Both the position numbers and the translations under genes were made by a program. Positions 49,473-60,260 of a stretch of DNA of 64,000 nt are shown here, piece by piece. Location: the NCBI GenBank assembly GCA_045105235.1, contig JBGCDH010000023.1:21749-85748 (forward strand). Reading direction: 5' to 3'. This DNA is from Planctomycetota bacterium. GTDB lineage: Bacteria; Planctomycetota; UBA1135; UBA2386. The notes below the pieces were generated by a model. That model was not told the DNA's origin and did no database searches. It saw nothing but the letters and a program-made list of their open reading frames with translations. The stretch's first letter is position 1. Every line of letters begins with the position of its first letter.

Positions 49473-51097
49473 CAACGCAGGAAAAACGTGGCCGCCGCCG
49501 GGTCGTGCCCGTGCACGACGGCGATCTCCTCGCGGTTCGCGGCCAGGTGCTGCAGCACCGGCCAGCAGTCGGCAGGGTCCGCCGTCACCGCGGCCGCCAG
49601 CGCCGCCACGTCCCGCGGCTCCGTGCCCAGGGCCGCCACCAGTCGATGCTGCAGGTCGAGAACTTCGCCCGCGGCCTTCTTGCCGGCTTCGACGCCGGGC
49701 TGGTGATAGGCATTGGTGTCGATGAGCTCGGCGTAGATCGAGACCGTGCGCTCAAACAGGGCCACCAAGCTGCCGAGCACACGCTCGTCGAGATGGTCCA
49801 CGGCGATGGTTGCCGAGCGCCGCCCCTTGTCGAACAGCGCCCGCCGCGTGCCCTGGAAGAACCCGTCGAGGTAGTCCCCCGCCGTGACGCCCGGCTCGAC
49901 CTCAAAGCGTTGCGCAGCCGGCTCCGCCGCGCCCGGACGGTCCTGCAGCACCCGCACAAACGTCGCAAAGAAGTCGTGCCGACCATCGCGAAGCTGCTGC
50001 ACGTAGGCGTGCTGGTCCGTTGAGCCCTTGTTGCCGTAGACCGCGAGTCCCTGCTCGACGACGTGGCCGCTGCGGTCGTTCTCCTTGCCAAGGGACTCCA
50101 TCACCAGCTGCTGCAGGTAGCGGGACAGCAGGACCAGCCGGTCCTTGTAGGGCAGCACGACCATGGCCCGCTCGCCCTTGCACGCGCCGCTGGCGTCGCG
50201 CCCCTCGTGATGCCAGAACGCCGCCAGCATCGCCGCGGGGTTTGCGAGAATCTCGGTGCGGCGCGTGGCATCGTCCATCGCGGCAGCCCCCGCCAAAAAG
50301 GCGCGGATGTCCATACCGAGCAGCGCGCCGGGCAGCAGCCCCACGGCCGACGTGATCGAGGTGCGGCCCCCGACCCAGTCCCACATCGGCACGGTCTTGA
50401 GCCAGCCTTCGCCCGTCGCCAGCTGGTGAAGCTTGCTGCCATCCATCGTGATCGCGATCGCGCGCGGGGCGAATGACAGCCCCTGCGCTTCGACCGCGCG
50501 GCGCACCTCGAGCATGCCGTTGCGCGTCTCCGGCGTGCCGCCCGACTTGCTGATGACGATCACCAGCGCATCCTGCAGGCCGCCCACGCGCTGGATCTTC
50601 TCATCGATGCCTTCGGGATCGGTGTTGTCGAGCACCGTCAAAGCCATGGGCGCCTCGATGCTGCCAGCGGCCCCCATCGTCGCACCGCCAAAGGCATCCG
50701 CCAACAGCATCGGGCCAAGCGCCGAGCCGCCGATCCCGCACAAAACGACCTTGGCGAAGGCGCCGCCCTCAGGCGGCGATATCCGGCCCGAATGAACGTC
50801 GGCCGCAAACGCCTGCAGGTCATCGATGACGCTTCGAATCGACTCTTGCACGCCCTCATCCGGGGCCATGCCGGGCGCCCGCAGCCAGTAGTGGCCAACT
50901 TGTCGTCCTTCGTCCGGGTTGGCGATGGCGCCCGCTTCGAGATCCGTCATCGCCGCCAGCGCACGGCCGAGCGCCGGGCTGAGCGCCTCGATGTCCGCCA
51001 GCTGCAGAGCAGAATGCGACAGGTCGAGTTCGACGAACGGATCGTCGACGACGCTGCGGAAGTGGAGATAGCGCGCAAAGCGAGCGGAGGTATCCAT
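49472..51097 (-). CDS. pgi: Glucose-6-phosphate isomerase
   Basis: GIGGSALGP, ISKSGGTPET, VGGRTS, QQLVMESLGKE, DQHAYVQQL, YHQPGVEAGK. Confidence 0.95.
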   Translation of the reverse strand: MDTSARFARYLHFRSVVDDPFVELDLSHSALQLADIEALSPALGRALAAMTDLEAGAIANPDEGRQVGHYWLRAPGMAPDEGVQESIRSVIDDLQAFAADVHSGRISPPEGGAFAKVVLCGIGGSALGPMLLADAFGGATMGAAGSIEAPMALTVLDNTDPEGIDEKIQRVGGLQDALVIVISKSGGTPETRNGMLEVRRAVEAQGLSFAPRAIAITMDGSKLHQLATGEGWLKTVPMWDWVGGRTSITSAVGLLPGALLGMDIRAFLAGAAAMDDATRRTEILANPAAMLAAFWHHEGRDASGACKGERAMVVLPYKDRLVLLSRYLQQLVMESLGKENDRSGHVVEQGLAVYGNKGSTDQHAYVQQLRDGRHDFFATFVRVLQDRPGAAEPAAQRFEVEPGVTAGDYLDGFFQGTRRALFDKGRRSATIAVDHLDERVLGSLVALFERTVSIYAELIDTNAYHQPGVEAGKKAAGEVLDLQHRLVAALGTEPRDVAALAAAVTADPADCWPVLQHLAANREEIAVVHGHDPAAATFFLR

Positions 51098-51127
51098 GTG
51101 TGGGTCGAGTGCGGGTCGCTGGGATGG

Positions 51128-51133
51128 TAGTGT
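51128..51133 (+). promoter_or_regulatory. -10 element of a putative leaderless promoter
   Basis: TAGTGT-N6-ATG at 51140. Confidence 0.4.
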
Positions 51134-51139
51134 GCGGGC

Positions 51140-52567
51140 ATGGAACGCTCCACGGCGATCCTCATCGCACTGATCGCCTTTCTCGTCGGGCTGCTGCTCG
51201 TCGGGTTGCATGCAAGCCGCCGAACCCGCGACTCGGACGGCTTCTACCTTGGTGGCCGCAGCCTCGGTCCATGGGTCGCGGCGCTGGCGGCGAACGCCAG
51301 CTCTTCGTCGGCGTGGAGCATCGTCGGCGCCAGCGGCTTCGCCTACCGCTTTGGCCTGACCGCGCTGTGGCTGATCCCGGGTTGCATCGGCGGCTTCCTG
51401 CTCAACTGGTTTGTAGTCGCGCCGCGGCTGCGGGACCAGACCGGCAGCGCCATCACGCTGACCGAGTTCTTGGCCGGCCCCGAAGGCGCACCCGGGCGAC
51501 GGCGCATCGCCGTCTTCGGCGCCCTGCTGACGCTGGCGTCGCTGCTGATGTATGTGGCCGCGCAGATCCAGGCTGCCGGCGCCGCGTTTGCGCACGCCTT
51601 CCCCGATACCTTCGGCAGCGACGCCAGTGCCGGCATCGTCATCGGCGCGGTCGTCACCGTCGCCTACACGCTGCTCGGCGGCTACCTGGCGGCGAGCATC
51701 ACCGACACGCTGCAAGGACTGCTGATGGTCGGCGTCGCGATCCTCGTGCCCACCGCCTGCATCGCCCACGCGGGCGGCATCGGCCCGTTTGCCGACGTTG
51801 TCGCCGGTGTCGACGCGCCCAACTGGACCAGCCTAGGCGGCCCCTTCGACGGGCCCGCCGCCTTCGCCTTCGCGTTCGGCTTGATCGGCATCGGCCTTGG
51901 CTATCCAGGCCAGCCGCACGCCGTCAACAAGTTCATGGGCATGGCTCCCGATGCGTCCATGACCGTCGCGCGCGTCGTTGGCATCAGCTGGGCCGTCATT
52001 CTCTACACCGGCATGCTGGTGCTGGGCTGGGCCGTGCGCGCGTATTGGCCCGGCGGCCTCTATGAGGATGCCATCTATGACGCCTCCAAGAACCTGCTGC
52101 CGACCGTCGTCGACGGCATCGTCGTCGCGAGCGTGCTGGCTGCCATCATGTCGACCGTCGACAGCCAGCTGCTGGTTTGCGCCAGCTCGGTGACCCACGA
52201 CCTAGGCGTCGCCAAGCGCTTCCCCGACAAGATGCTGATCATCGCGCGCGCAACCGTGCTCGGCATTGGCGCCGGCGCACTGGTGGCGGCGCTGCTGCTC
52301 CCCAACACGGTCTTTGACAATGTCATGTTCGCCTGGGCCGCACTCGGCTCCGCATTTGGCCCGCTGCTGCTGGTCCGACTCCTACGCGGCCACGTCGCAC
52401 CCAACTGGGCGTTTGCGTCCATGCTCACCGGCGGCCTCGGCGCCGTGCTCGGCTACTACGTGCCGCGTTTTGCAACAGACTTGCCGAGTGGCTTTGTCGA
52501 CCGCGTGGGCAGCTGGGTGCTGGCTCTCGCCATCGCCCTTGTGGGCAGTCGCCGCAACAACCGATAA
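51140..52567 (+). CDS. Sodium/solute (proline-type) symporter, SSS family
   Basis: FYLGGRSLGPWVAAL, YT..GGY.A...TD..QG, GYPGQPH, LAAIMST.DSQLL. Confidence 0.9.
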   Translation: MERSTAILIALIAFLVGLLLVGLHASRRTRDSDGFYLGGRSLGPWVAALAANASSSSAWSIVGASGFAYRFGLTALWLIPGCIGGFLLNWFVVAPRLRDQTGSAITLTEFLAGPEGAPGRRRIAVFGALLTLASLLMYVAAQIQAAGAAFAHAFPDTFGSDASAGIVIGAVVTVAYTLLGGYLAASITDTLQGLLMVGVAILVPTACIAHAGGIGPFADVVAGVDAPNWTSLGGPFDGPAAFAFAFGLIGIGLGYPGQPHAVNKFMGMAPDASMTVARVVGISWAVILYTGMLVLGWAVRAYWPGGLYEDAIYDASKNLLPTVVDGIVVASVLAAIMSTVDSQLLVCASSVTHDLGVAKRFPDKMLIIARATVLGIGAGALVAALLLPNTVFDNVMFAWAALGSAFGPLLLVRLLRGHVAPNWAFASMLTGGLGAVLGYYVPRFATDLPSGFVDRVGSWVLALAIALVGSRRNNR

Positions 52568-52576
52568 GGCCACAAC

Positions 52577-53728
52577 ATGAGGGAGTCCTATCTGGTCTTC
52601 GGTCAACCACGGATCGAGCAAGCGGAAATCGACGAGGTCGTCGCCAGCATGAAAAGTGCGTGGCTCGGCACCGGTCCCAAGGCCGCGGAGTTCGAACGCC
52701 GGGTCGCAGCCTACAAAGACGTGCCGCACGCGGTCGGGCTCAACTCGTGCACAGCGGGCCTGCACCTTGCCTGCGTCGTGCTCGGGCTCGAGCCCGGTGA
52801 CGAGATCATCACGCCGGCGCTGACGTTCTGCGCCAGCGTCAACGCGATCGTGCACGCCGGCGCAACGCCCGTGCTCGCCGACGTCGACCCGCACACGATG
52901 ACGCTCGATCCCGCGTCCGTGCGGCAGGCCATTACGCCGCGCACGCGCGCGATCATGCCCGTGCACTTTGCCGGCCGCGCCTGCGCCATGGACGAGCTCA
53001 TGGCCATCGCCAAAGAGCACGACTTGAAGGTCATCGAAGACTGCGCCCACGCCTTCGAAACCGAGTATCGCGGCCAGAAGGCCGGCACGATCGGCGACCT
53101 CGGCGTGCTGTCGTTCTATTCGACCAAGAACCTCGTCACCGGCGAAGGCGGCATGGTGCTGACCCGCGACGCCGCGCTGGCGCGACGCGTCAAGACGATG
53201 GGTCTGCACGGCATGTCGCACGATGCCTGGCGCCGCTTCAGCGACGATGGCTACCGCCACTACGACGTCGAAGAGATCGGCTTCAAATACAACATGATCG
53301 ACCTGCAGGCCGCGATCGGCATGCACCAGATCGAACGCATCGACGGCTGGTGGCACCGCCGCCACGAAATCTGGCAGCGCTACCTCGCGGCATTCGCCGA
53401 CCTGCCGATCGAACTGCCGGCAGCGCTGCCTGCCGACGAACGCCACGCACTGCACCTGTTCACGCTGCTCGTCGACAAACAGCACGCCGGCATCTCACGC
53501 GACGACATGCTGGTCGCGATGCACGAGCAGAAGATCGGCACCGGCGTGCACTATCGGTCGATCCCGTCGCTGACGGTCTATCGCAAACGGTTTGGCTGGC
53601 GGCCAGAAGACTTCCCGTGCGCCCAGCGCATTGGCGACCAGACGCTCTCCCTGCCGCTGTCTGCCAAGCTCGAAGACGCCGACGTCGAAGACGTCATCGC
53701 CGCAGTCCACGGCGCGCTTGGCCACTGA
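52577..53728 (+). CDS. DegT/DnrJ/EryC1/StrS-family PLP aminotransferase
   Basis: WLGTGP, NSCTAGLHL, PVHFAG, IEDCAHA, SFYSTKNL.TGEGG, GFKYNM. Confidence 0.93.
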   Translation: MRESYLVFGQPRIEQAEIDEVVASMKSAWLGTGPKAAEFERRVAAYKDVPHAVGLNSCTAGLHLACVVLGLEPGDEIITPALTFCASVNAIVHAGATPVLADVDPHTMTLDPASVRQAITPRTRAIMPVHFAGRACAMDELMAIAKEHDLKVIEDCAHAFETEYRGQKAGTIGDLGVLSFYSTKNLVTGEGGMVLTRDAALARRVKTMGLHGMSHDAWRRFSDDGYRHYDVEEIGFKYNMIDLQAAIGMHQIERIDGWWHRRHEIWQRYLAAFADLPIELPAALPADERHALHLFTLLVDKQHAGISRDDMLVAMHEQKIGTGVHYRSIPSLTVYRKRFGWRPEDFPCAQRIGDQTLSLPLSAKLEDADVEDVIAAVHGALGH

Positions 53729-53837
53729 TTGCGGCTTGCTAGTGCGGATCGCGGCTCGCCTGCCAGCAGCCATGCGCCCGTAGCACCGGCAGCTCACGTT
53801 GATTGTGCGGCTGGCCTCGGGCATCTGCCTACGAACA

Positions 53838-53845
53838 GCCGATAA
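53838..53845 (+). promoter_or_regulatory. Putative sigma28-like -10 element (GCCGATAA), leaderless
   Basis: Perfect GCCGATAA 7 nt before an in-frame GTG at 53853; no convincing -35. Confidence 0.4.
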
Positions 53846-53852
53846 CCTGCAG

Positions 53853-55730
53853 GTGCCCCGCGAAAGCTCGCAAACCGAGGGGCGGCACGATCTCGAGAGC
53901 TGCGTCATCTCGTTCGCATCGGCCGTCAAGAACCTCACGATATATCCGGCCACGCACCCGCGTGTGGCCGCGTGCGTCGCAGCCTTCGTCGATTCGTATC
54001 GTCGCGTCGTCAGGCGCTCGTGCGAACTCGCGTTCGTGCGCGACACGATGCTCGTCAACAAGCAGGCCGTCGAGACCGATCACCTGGCGGTTCACTGGCT
54101 CATCCAGCGAGCGCGAGACACGGGCCTGCGCGGCGTCGCCATCTCCGAGCGCTGCCACCCCGACGACGTCGTCGCGTTTGCCCAGGCACTGATCTCGTGC
54201 CGCCCCGGTTCGAAGACCAGCTTGGCCGACCAGTGGGAAGATGATCTCGCAAGCGTGCGGCCGCTGGCCATGCTGATCGCGGACAGCCACAACCCAAACG
54301 CCAAAGCGGCCGAGACGGCCCCCACGCAAGGCGACGGCGAACTCCTGGACAATCTGTCGGCGGGGCTCGCCGACAAGCTTCGCGAAGTCGCGTTGTGCCC
54401 GGAAATCCAGGCTCTGACCAACAGCATCGACGAGGTCCGTCGTGGCGACGGCGACGATGACGAGCAGGAGTTCCAACGGGATACAGACCTAGTCGGCATG
54501 ATCGGCGAACTGCTGCCGGCCGAGATGCCCAACGACATCGAGTCGCTGCAGGCAACCGTGACGAGAGTGCTGGAGTCCGTGCGCGCCGGCCTGATGCAGA
54601 TGATGCAGGGCGGCCAGGAGATCCGCGACGCCGACCTGATGGACAACGCCATCGGCATCGCGCGCAAGTTCTTCCGCCGGGAATCGATCGAGATCGAAGC
54701 TCCAACCAGCCTGCCGACGGGCAGGCCCGGCGACGAAAAATACCAGGCGAGCCTCGAAGACCTGCTTGAAGAGCACAAGGCACTCCCGCGAGCGGGAGGC
54801 CTGCGGCTACCCGACGCCGAGTACTTCGAGCCCGATGGCCCACTCGCCGCCATGGAGCGCGCCGGCGTCTGCCTGCACGCCCTGCAAAGCAACGAAGCCG
54901 ACGAACGCAGTGGTGCCCGGCTCGCCATGCTGTCGGCGCTGGTCGAAGCGCACCCGGGCGAACTCGACGAGATGTTCGATGCCTACCTCGCTCCCGGCGT
55001 CGCCACCACGTCCCGCTCCCTGCGGCTGACCCTGCTGCGCATGCTCACCAAGACGGCGCAGGGCACCACAATGGTGCGCGATCGCGACTACCTGAGCGAA
55101 GACCTGATCCGACGCGGCTTCCCAGAGATCTTGCCAATGGTTGCCCGGGTTTTCGAACAGCCGCACCAGTTTGACCGCATGCGCCGTGCGCTCGAAAAGC
55201 TCAAGACGATCTTGGCGAACGGCGGCATCGAAACGGCCCGTTCGTCCGGCGCCCTCGCCGACCCGCGCGTCGTCGAACTGCTGGCACGCACCGATAGCCC
55301 CATCGCGCACCAGCTGCTGAAAAGGAGCGACGTCGAGCACGACGAGGCGCGCGCGGCTCTGCACGCCATCGTCAGCGAATGCGATCTGCCGCGCGCCGAG
55401 CGCGCGGCTCTGGCTCTGTTGCCGCCGACCTCGTTGCCCGGCGCCTATCTGCGCGACCTGCTCGACATGGCAGGACGCCGCCGCGTCGACCAGCTGGTTC
55501 GGCGCACCACGGGCGAGCTACTCCGCGGGCACCTGCTGAAAGTCCGCCGCGAAGGCGATCTCAGCAACGCGTGCGAAACCGTCCTTGCGCTTGCTCTGGT
55601 GCCGAGCGCGCTGACGCTGCACACCGTGCAGCAGATCGCGACGCACCGCTGGTGGAGTCCACTGCCGCGCACCCGCGCCCTGCGGCGCACCGCGCGGACC
55701 ACCCTGGCGAAGCTCCACAAAAAATCATGA
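53853..55730 (+). CDS. Hypothetical helical (HEAT-like C-terminus) partner of the HD-GYP protein
   Basis: N-terminal IYPATHPRV domain, helical C-half; stop overlaps the next ATG (ATGA); start 53853 (GTG) or 53799 (TTG). Confidence 0.7.
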   Translation: MPRESSQTEGRHDLESCVISFASAVKNLTIYPATHPRVAACVAAFVDSYRRVVRRSCELAFVRDTMLVNKQAVETDHLAVHWLIQRARDTGLRGVAISERCHPDDVVAFAQALISCRPGSKTSLADQWEDDLASVRPLAMLIADSHNPNAKAAETAPTQGDGELLDNLSAGLADKLREVALCPEIQALTNSIDEVRRGDGDDDEQEFQRDTDLVGMIGELLPAEMPNDIESLQATVTRVLESVRAGLMQMMQGGQEIRDADLMDNAIGIARKFFRRESIEIEAPTSLPTGRPGDEKYQASLEDLLEEHKALPRAGGLRLPDAEYFEPDGPLAAMERAGVCLHALQSNEADERSGARLAMLSALVEAHPGELDEMFDAYLAPGVATTSRSLRLTLLRMLTKTAQGTTMVRDRDYLSEDLIRRGFPEILPMVARVFEQPHQFDRMRRALEKLKTILANGGIETARSSGALADPRVVELLARTDSPIAHQLLKRSDVEHDEARAALHAIVSECDLPRAERAALALLPPTSLPGAYLRDLLDMAGRRRVDQLVRRTTGELLRGHLLKVRREGDLSNACETVLALALVPSALTLHTVQQIATHRWWSPLPRTRALRRTARTTLAKLHKKS

Positions 55731-57211
55731 CACGCGACCTCGACGACGTCCCGGTATTCAACGAGACGACGGAAGCATCGCTGCTGGCCGAAGCGCTCGT
55801 CGCGGCCATGATCAACAGCCGCATCTACGCCATCAGCCACCCCCGGGTGACCGACACGATGCGCGACGTGCGAGGCCAGATCCAGCGGCTGTGCGACCAC
55901 TCCGGAGACCAGACGCTGCGGCTCGGCTCCTTCGACCGGATGCTGGTCTTTGCGCGACGCCCGCTGCTCGGCGCCAGCCTCAGCATCTCGCGTCTGCTCG
56001 ACCGACTCGACGCGCTCTCTTCCGGCGGCCTCGAGTTCGACCGCGCCATCGACGACGCGGCGCTGCTGACGTTCTTCACAACCCTTGTCGCCCGCGACGG
56101 CGACATCCAAACCTATCAGCAGCTCAACGAACGGCTGATCGAACGCGACTGCCGAACCGTGCGGCTGCTCGCGCCCTACACCGATGGCGTCGAGGGCGAA
56201 TTTGGCGAGCCGCTGCGCATGGGTTTGTCCATGCACCAGAAGGTCATGGATCTGCTGCAGAACGTGACGGTCTCGCTTTGTCGCGGCGGCAAGATCGAGT
56301 TTGAGCCGGTGCAAGAGCAGGTCGAAATGATGCTGCAGCGGCTTGAGACGCACGACGACCTGCAGATCGGTCTCTCGCGACAGGACCAGTATGACGCGTT
56401 TACGTTTGGCCACTCGCTACGCGTTGCGATCCTCGCCATGCACTTCGCACGCAGCCTGACGAAGGACCGCGTGCTCGTGCTGCGCGTCGGCACGGCGGCC
56501 CTGCTGCACGACGTAGGCAAGTCCCTGATCCCGTTCGAGATCCTGCACTCCAACGACAAGCTCTCGGACGAAGAGCGGCGCGAGATGAGCCGTCACGCCG
56601 AACTCGGCGGGGAATGCCTGCTCGACCACACGGAGTCCGACCCGCTGGCTATCGCGTCTGCGTTTGGCCACCACCGCACGGCCCAGGGCGGCGGCTACCC
56701 AAAGACCACGCACGACCACCCGGTCACGATGGTCACGTCGATCGTCAAGATCTGCGACATCTTCGAGGCGCTGACGGCCGCTCGGCCCTACAAACTGCCG
56801 ATGTCGCCGATCCGCGCCTACCGCGTGATGATTTCGATGGGCGACTCGCTCGACCAGCGGCTGCTGCGCAAGTTTATCGAGTGCAACGGCGTCTACCCGG
56901 TCGGCCAGCACGTCGAGCTATTCGACGGCCGCGTTGCCGTGGTGCGCGAGCAAACCAACGACATGCTGTCGCCCAAAGTCGAGCCCGTCAGCCTCGAGTC
57001 CTTTGAAGAGATGTTTGACGAAGGCCCCCAGCCCTTGATCGACCTGAGTCAAATCGAATGCGGCTGCGCTCGCGCCGTGCTGCAGGAGCTCACGCCATCG
57101 GAAGCCGCCGAGAAAGCGACGTTCCCGGACAAACTTGAGCACGGCCCGCCAAGCCCGAACGGCCGGCGCAAGATCGACAAGAACTTCGATCCGTTCGCGA
57201 ATCCGCTCTAG
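55727..57211 (+). CDS. HD-GYP domain cyclic-dinucleotide phosphodiesterase
   Basis: FGHS.RV, LLHDVGK, HH...[26 protein letters not shown]. Confidence 0.9.
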   Translation: MTRDLDDVPVFNETTEASLLAEALVAAMINSRIYAISHPRVTDTMRDVRGQIQRLCDHSGDQTLRLGSFDRMLVFARRPLLGASLSISRLLDRLDALSSGGLEFDRAIDDAALLTFFTTLVARDGDIQTYQQLNERLIERDCRTVRLLAPYTDGVEGEFGEPLRMGLSMHQKVMDLLQNVTVSLCRGGKIEFEPVQEQVEMMLQRLETHDDLQIGLSRQDQYDAFTFGHSLRVAILAMHFARSLTKDRVLVLRVGTAALLHDVGKSLIPFEILHSNDKLSDEERREMSRHAELGGECLLDHTESDPLAIASAFGHHRTAQGGGYPKTTHDHPVTMVTSIVKICDIFEALTAARPYKLPMSPIRAYRVMISMGDSLDQRLLRKFIECNGVYPVGQHVELFDGRVAVVREQTNDMLSPKVEPVSLESFEEMFDEGPQPLIDLSQIECGCARAVLQELTPSEAAEKATFPDKLEHGPPSPNGRRKIDKNFDPFANPL

Positions 57212-57243
57212 GGCTGGCCTGCGCGCCGGTCTCTCCCCGAACA

Positions 57244-57317
57244 CGGCGGAGGTGTGCGGCGGAGGTGTGTCGGCGGAGGTGTGTCGGCGGAGGTGTGTCG
57301 GCGGAGGTGTGTCGGCG
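57244..57317. repeat. 14-bp tandem repeat (CGGCGGAGGTGTGT) x5 plus a partial unit
   Basis: Directly visible between the convergent HD-GYP and murA genes; first unit is 13 bp. Confidence 0.92.
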
Positions 57318-57335
57318 CACATCGAGCCGCAGCGA

Positions 57336-58607
57336 TCAGCCTTCGCTGATGCGCTCGATGTCGGCCCCGATCCCCTGCAGCTTGTTCTCGATGCGCTCGT
57401 AGCCGCGGTCGATGTGGTAGACCCGGCGCACGTCGGTGGCCCCCCGTGCGACCAGGCCGGCGAGCACCAGACTCGCCGAGGCCCGCAGGTCGCTCGCCAT
57501 GACGGGCGCGCCCTGCAGTTCTTCGGTACCCTCGATGATCGCGCTGGGGCCCTCGCGCCGAATGCGCGCGCCGAGGCGCTGCAGCTCGGCTGCGTGGATG
57601 AAGCGTTCAGGGTAGATCTTCTCGGTGATGACCGAGACGCCCTGCGCCCGCGTCATCAGCGCCATGAACTGCGCCTGCAGATCGGTTGGGAACCCCGGAT
57701 AGGCCATCGTCGTCACGTCGACCGCGCGCAGCTGGCCGGACGCCGTCGGCACGATCCGAATCGACTCTTTGCCGACTTCAAGCTGGGCGCCGGCGGCGCG
57801 CAGCCGATCGATCACCGCCAGCAGGTGCATCGGATTGCACTTCTCCACGGTGACGTCGCTGTTGAGCATCACGGCGCCGCACAGGAACGTGCCGGCCTCG
57901 ATGCGGTCAGGAATCATGTCCCACTCACAGCCGTGCAGCGTGTCGACACCTTCGACCGTCAGCAGGTGGCTGCCGATGCCCGAGATGCGGGCGCCGCACG
58001 CGTTGAGGAAGTTGCACAGATCCTCGATCTCCGGCTCCATCGCGGCGCACTCGAGCTGCGTCGTGCCGGTGCCGAGCGTCGCCGCCATCAACACGTTGGC
58101 CGTGCCGAGCACGGTCGAGCCCATGTTGCCGCCGAGGAAGCAGACGCCACCGGTCGCCCGACCGCTGAGCGTGACGTAGCCATCCGAGACCTCGACGTGA
58201 CCGCCAATGTCGCGCAGGCCCTTGAGGTGCAGATCAACGGGCCGGTGGCCAAATACGCAGCCGCCCGGGTAGCTGACCCGCGCAACGCCGCGACGAGCCC
58301 ACAGCGGACCGAGCACAACAAAACTCGCCCGCATGGTGCGGACCAGGTCGTAGGGAGCGACGTAGACCGTCTTGTCCTTGGCCTCCAGCTCGAGCGCGCC
58401 GTCGGGGCGCCAGCTGTGCACGACGCCAAGCTTGCCAAGGATGCGCAGCATGTTCTCGACGTCTTTGAGACGCGGCATGTTGCGCAGCAGGATGGGGCCA
58501 TCGACCAGCAAGGACGCGGCCAGGATCGGCAGCGCGCCATTCTTGCTGCCGGAAACTCGGACGGCGCCGCGCAGACCGCGGCCACCCCGGATACGGATTC
58601 GATCCAA
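57336..58607 (-). CDS. murA: UDP-N-acetylglucosamine 1-carboxyvinyltransferase
   Basis: [50 protein letters not shown]; TTG start with GGAGG RBS. Confidence 0.96.
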   Translation of the reverse strand: MDRIRIRGGRGLRGAVRVSGSKNGALPILAASLLVDGPILLRNMPRLKDVENMLRILGKLGVVHSWRPDGALELEAKDKTVYVAPYDLVRTMRASFVVLGPLWARRGVARVSYPGGCVFGHRPVDLHLKGLRDIGGHVEVSDGYVTLSGRATGGVCFLGGNMGSTVLGTANVLMAATLGTGTTQLECAAMEPEIEDLCNFLNACGARISGIGSHLLTVEGVDTLHGCEWDMIPDRIEAGTFLCGAVMLNSDVTVEKCNPMHLLAVIDRLRAAGAQLEVGKESIRIVPTASGQLRAVDVTTMAYPGFPTDLQAQFMALMTRAQGVSVITEKIYPERFIHAAELQRLGARIRREGPSAIIEGTEELQGAPVMASDLRASASLVLAGLVARGATDVRRVYHIDRGYERIENKLQGIGADIERISEG

Positions 58608-58931
58608 AGACCCCCTCCAATGCAGCCGACGCAGAGGAATGCGGCAGCTACGGAACACAAGTGAGAACGAGACGTCGTCGCCGTGCGTGCTTCGCATCCC
58701 GATCGAACAAACCCGGACCTGCAGGCTTCGGGCCAGCGCGGAAGCGCAGCCAAAAGAGCAGGAGCAGGGTTCGCAAAAGACCGGCTGACCGATACGAACC
58801 AACGCCGCGGCGGACGTGTGGAGAGAGTGTGTAGTCCCGATGGCAACGGCGCAAGCACGCAACGCGCATTCGCCGAACAATCGCCGCAAACGGCCGTCTG
58901 GAGCCCTACGTAGAATCCCTAGGTAGAGTCC

Positions 58932-59148
58932 CTAGTGTCGTGCCTCGGATACCAGGGGCCTTCTGCGGGCGCGAAGACGCCCGTCACGGCGTTGCTGCTC
59001 CTCGGCAGGAAGGCTGCTCCTCGGCAGAACGGCCCCTCAGCAGAAAGGCCCCTCACAGAAAATAGGGAACATGCATTCGTCGCAGCGCCTTGCCACGAAA
59101 GCCTTCGCATCCCGGATCCTGCCCCGTCTACCAGATGCTCGACACGAA
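58932..59148. mobile_element. Palindromic MITE-like element, copy 1 (degenerate, with tandem expansion in the loop)
   Basis: Aligns end to end with 61178-61344; imperfect terminal inverted repeats starting CTAGTGT. Confidence 0.7.
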
Positions 59149-59179
59149 GGCTGGCGCGCGCCGCCCGCTCGTCCTGCGG

Positions 59180-60205
59180 TTATCCCGGCGCATCGCGATC
59201 GTGCTCCGCCAGATCGAGCAAGATCTCCGGCCCGCCGCCAGCGCCGGCTTCGTTCGCGCCCGCATCATCCGCGCGAGCTGGTTTGGCGCCGTCGGCCACG
59301 CCATCGGCGGCCACGGCATCGGCGGCACCGCTCGCTTCGCACGAACCGCCAACCGCATGCTCGTCTCCCCCAAGTGAGCCGCGCACCACCCGTTCGCCGT
59401 CGCGATCGAGCACGTAGATGCGGTCGCGCTCATCGACGGCCAGCGCCAGCGGATCCGCGCAAAACGCACCGAGAGCCCCCAACGCACGCGGCCTGCCGTC
59501 CGAGCCCATGGCGACCAGCTGCGACTGCACACCGCTGTGTTCGACGACAACGCAGGTGCGGTCGCTGAGCCGCACGACCGACCCCGGGCGGGCCCGCGAG
59601 TCGCCGCGCAGGACGTCGTCTTCGGCGGGGGTTGCGGCCGGCACCGCCAGCGACTCCCGAAACGCCCCGCGGCGATCGTAGCAGCACAGCCTGCCACGCA
59701 GCGTATCGGCGACCACCAGTCCGCGCGCATCCGCCCAGATGCCGCGAGGCGCGCCCCATTTGCGCTCGGGGTCGCCTTCGACCGGCAGATGCTGCGGCGC
59801 ACTGCCGTCGATGCGGAACCGCTGCACCGAACGTCGACGCTCGCGCTCGCCCGCCGCGACGTAGACCTGATCGCCAACAACGCAGACTGCGTGAGGACGC
59901 TCGAGCACGCCGTTGCGGTCAAAGCCGCGGTCGCCGGTCGCCGGCGGCGGTGCGCCGAGATCGCCCAGGTGCTGGCCGAACGCGTTGTAGCGCCGCACGC
60001 AGTGGTTGTGCGGGTCGGCCACAAAGATGCGAAAGCGTGCATCGACGGCCACGCCGGCGGCATCGGAGTAGCCAGACGGCCCCACCGGCGTCATCCACGA
60101 AGAAACGCGCTGACGTTCTTCGAGGTCGTAAAGAAAAACGTGCCCGCGGCCCGCCGACCAAGTCACACAAAGCAGGTTGCCTCGCACCGCCAGCCCGCCG
60201 ATCAT
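59180..60205 (-). CDS. NHL-repeat beta-propeller protein
   Basis: GVAVD...IFVAD..NH.V, P.GI.....VADT, P..LAVD..D.IYVLD repeats; TATCAT-N7-ATG favours the start at 60205. Confidence 0.8.
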   Translation of the reverse strand: MIGGLAVRGNLLCVTWSAGRGHVFLYDLEERQRVSSWMTPVGPSGYSDAAGVAVDARFRIFVADPHNHCVRRYNAFGQHLGDLGAPPPATGDRGFDRNGVLERPHAVCVVGDQVYVAAGERERRRSVQRFRIDGSAPQHLPVEGDPERKWGAPRGIWADARGLVVADTLRGRLCCYDRRGAFRESLAVPAATPAEDDVLRGDSRARPGSVVRLSDRTCVVVEHSGVQSQLVAMGSDGRPRALGALGAFCADPLALAVDERDRIYVLDRDGERVVRGSLGGDEHAVGGSCEASGAADAVAADGVADGAKPARADDAGANEAGAGGGPEILLDLAEHDRDAPG

Positions 60206-60260
60206 GGCGAACATGATAGGTGCGAACGCTCTCGATTTCGCCGGTGCTTGCCCACCTGTT

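Noticed and set aside
52560-52567. ACCGATAA as another sigma28-like site before the DegT gene
   Set aside because: It is formed by the last codons and stop of the symporter gene, and the spacing differs
57244-57317. Possible CRISPR array
   Set aside because: Contiguous 14-bp units with no spacers and no cas genes
57336-58607. murA as a surprise in a putative planctomycete, or as a fosfomycin-resistant variant
   Set aside because: Peptidoglycan synthesis is established in the phylum and the active-site Cys (PGGC) is intact
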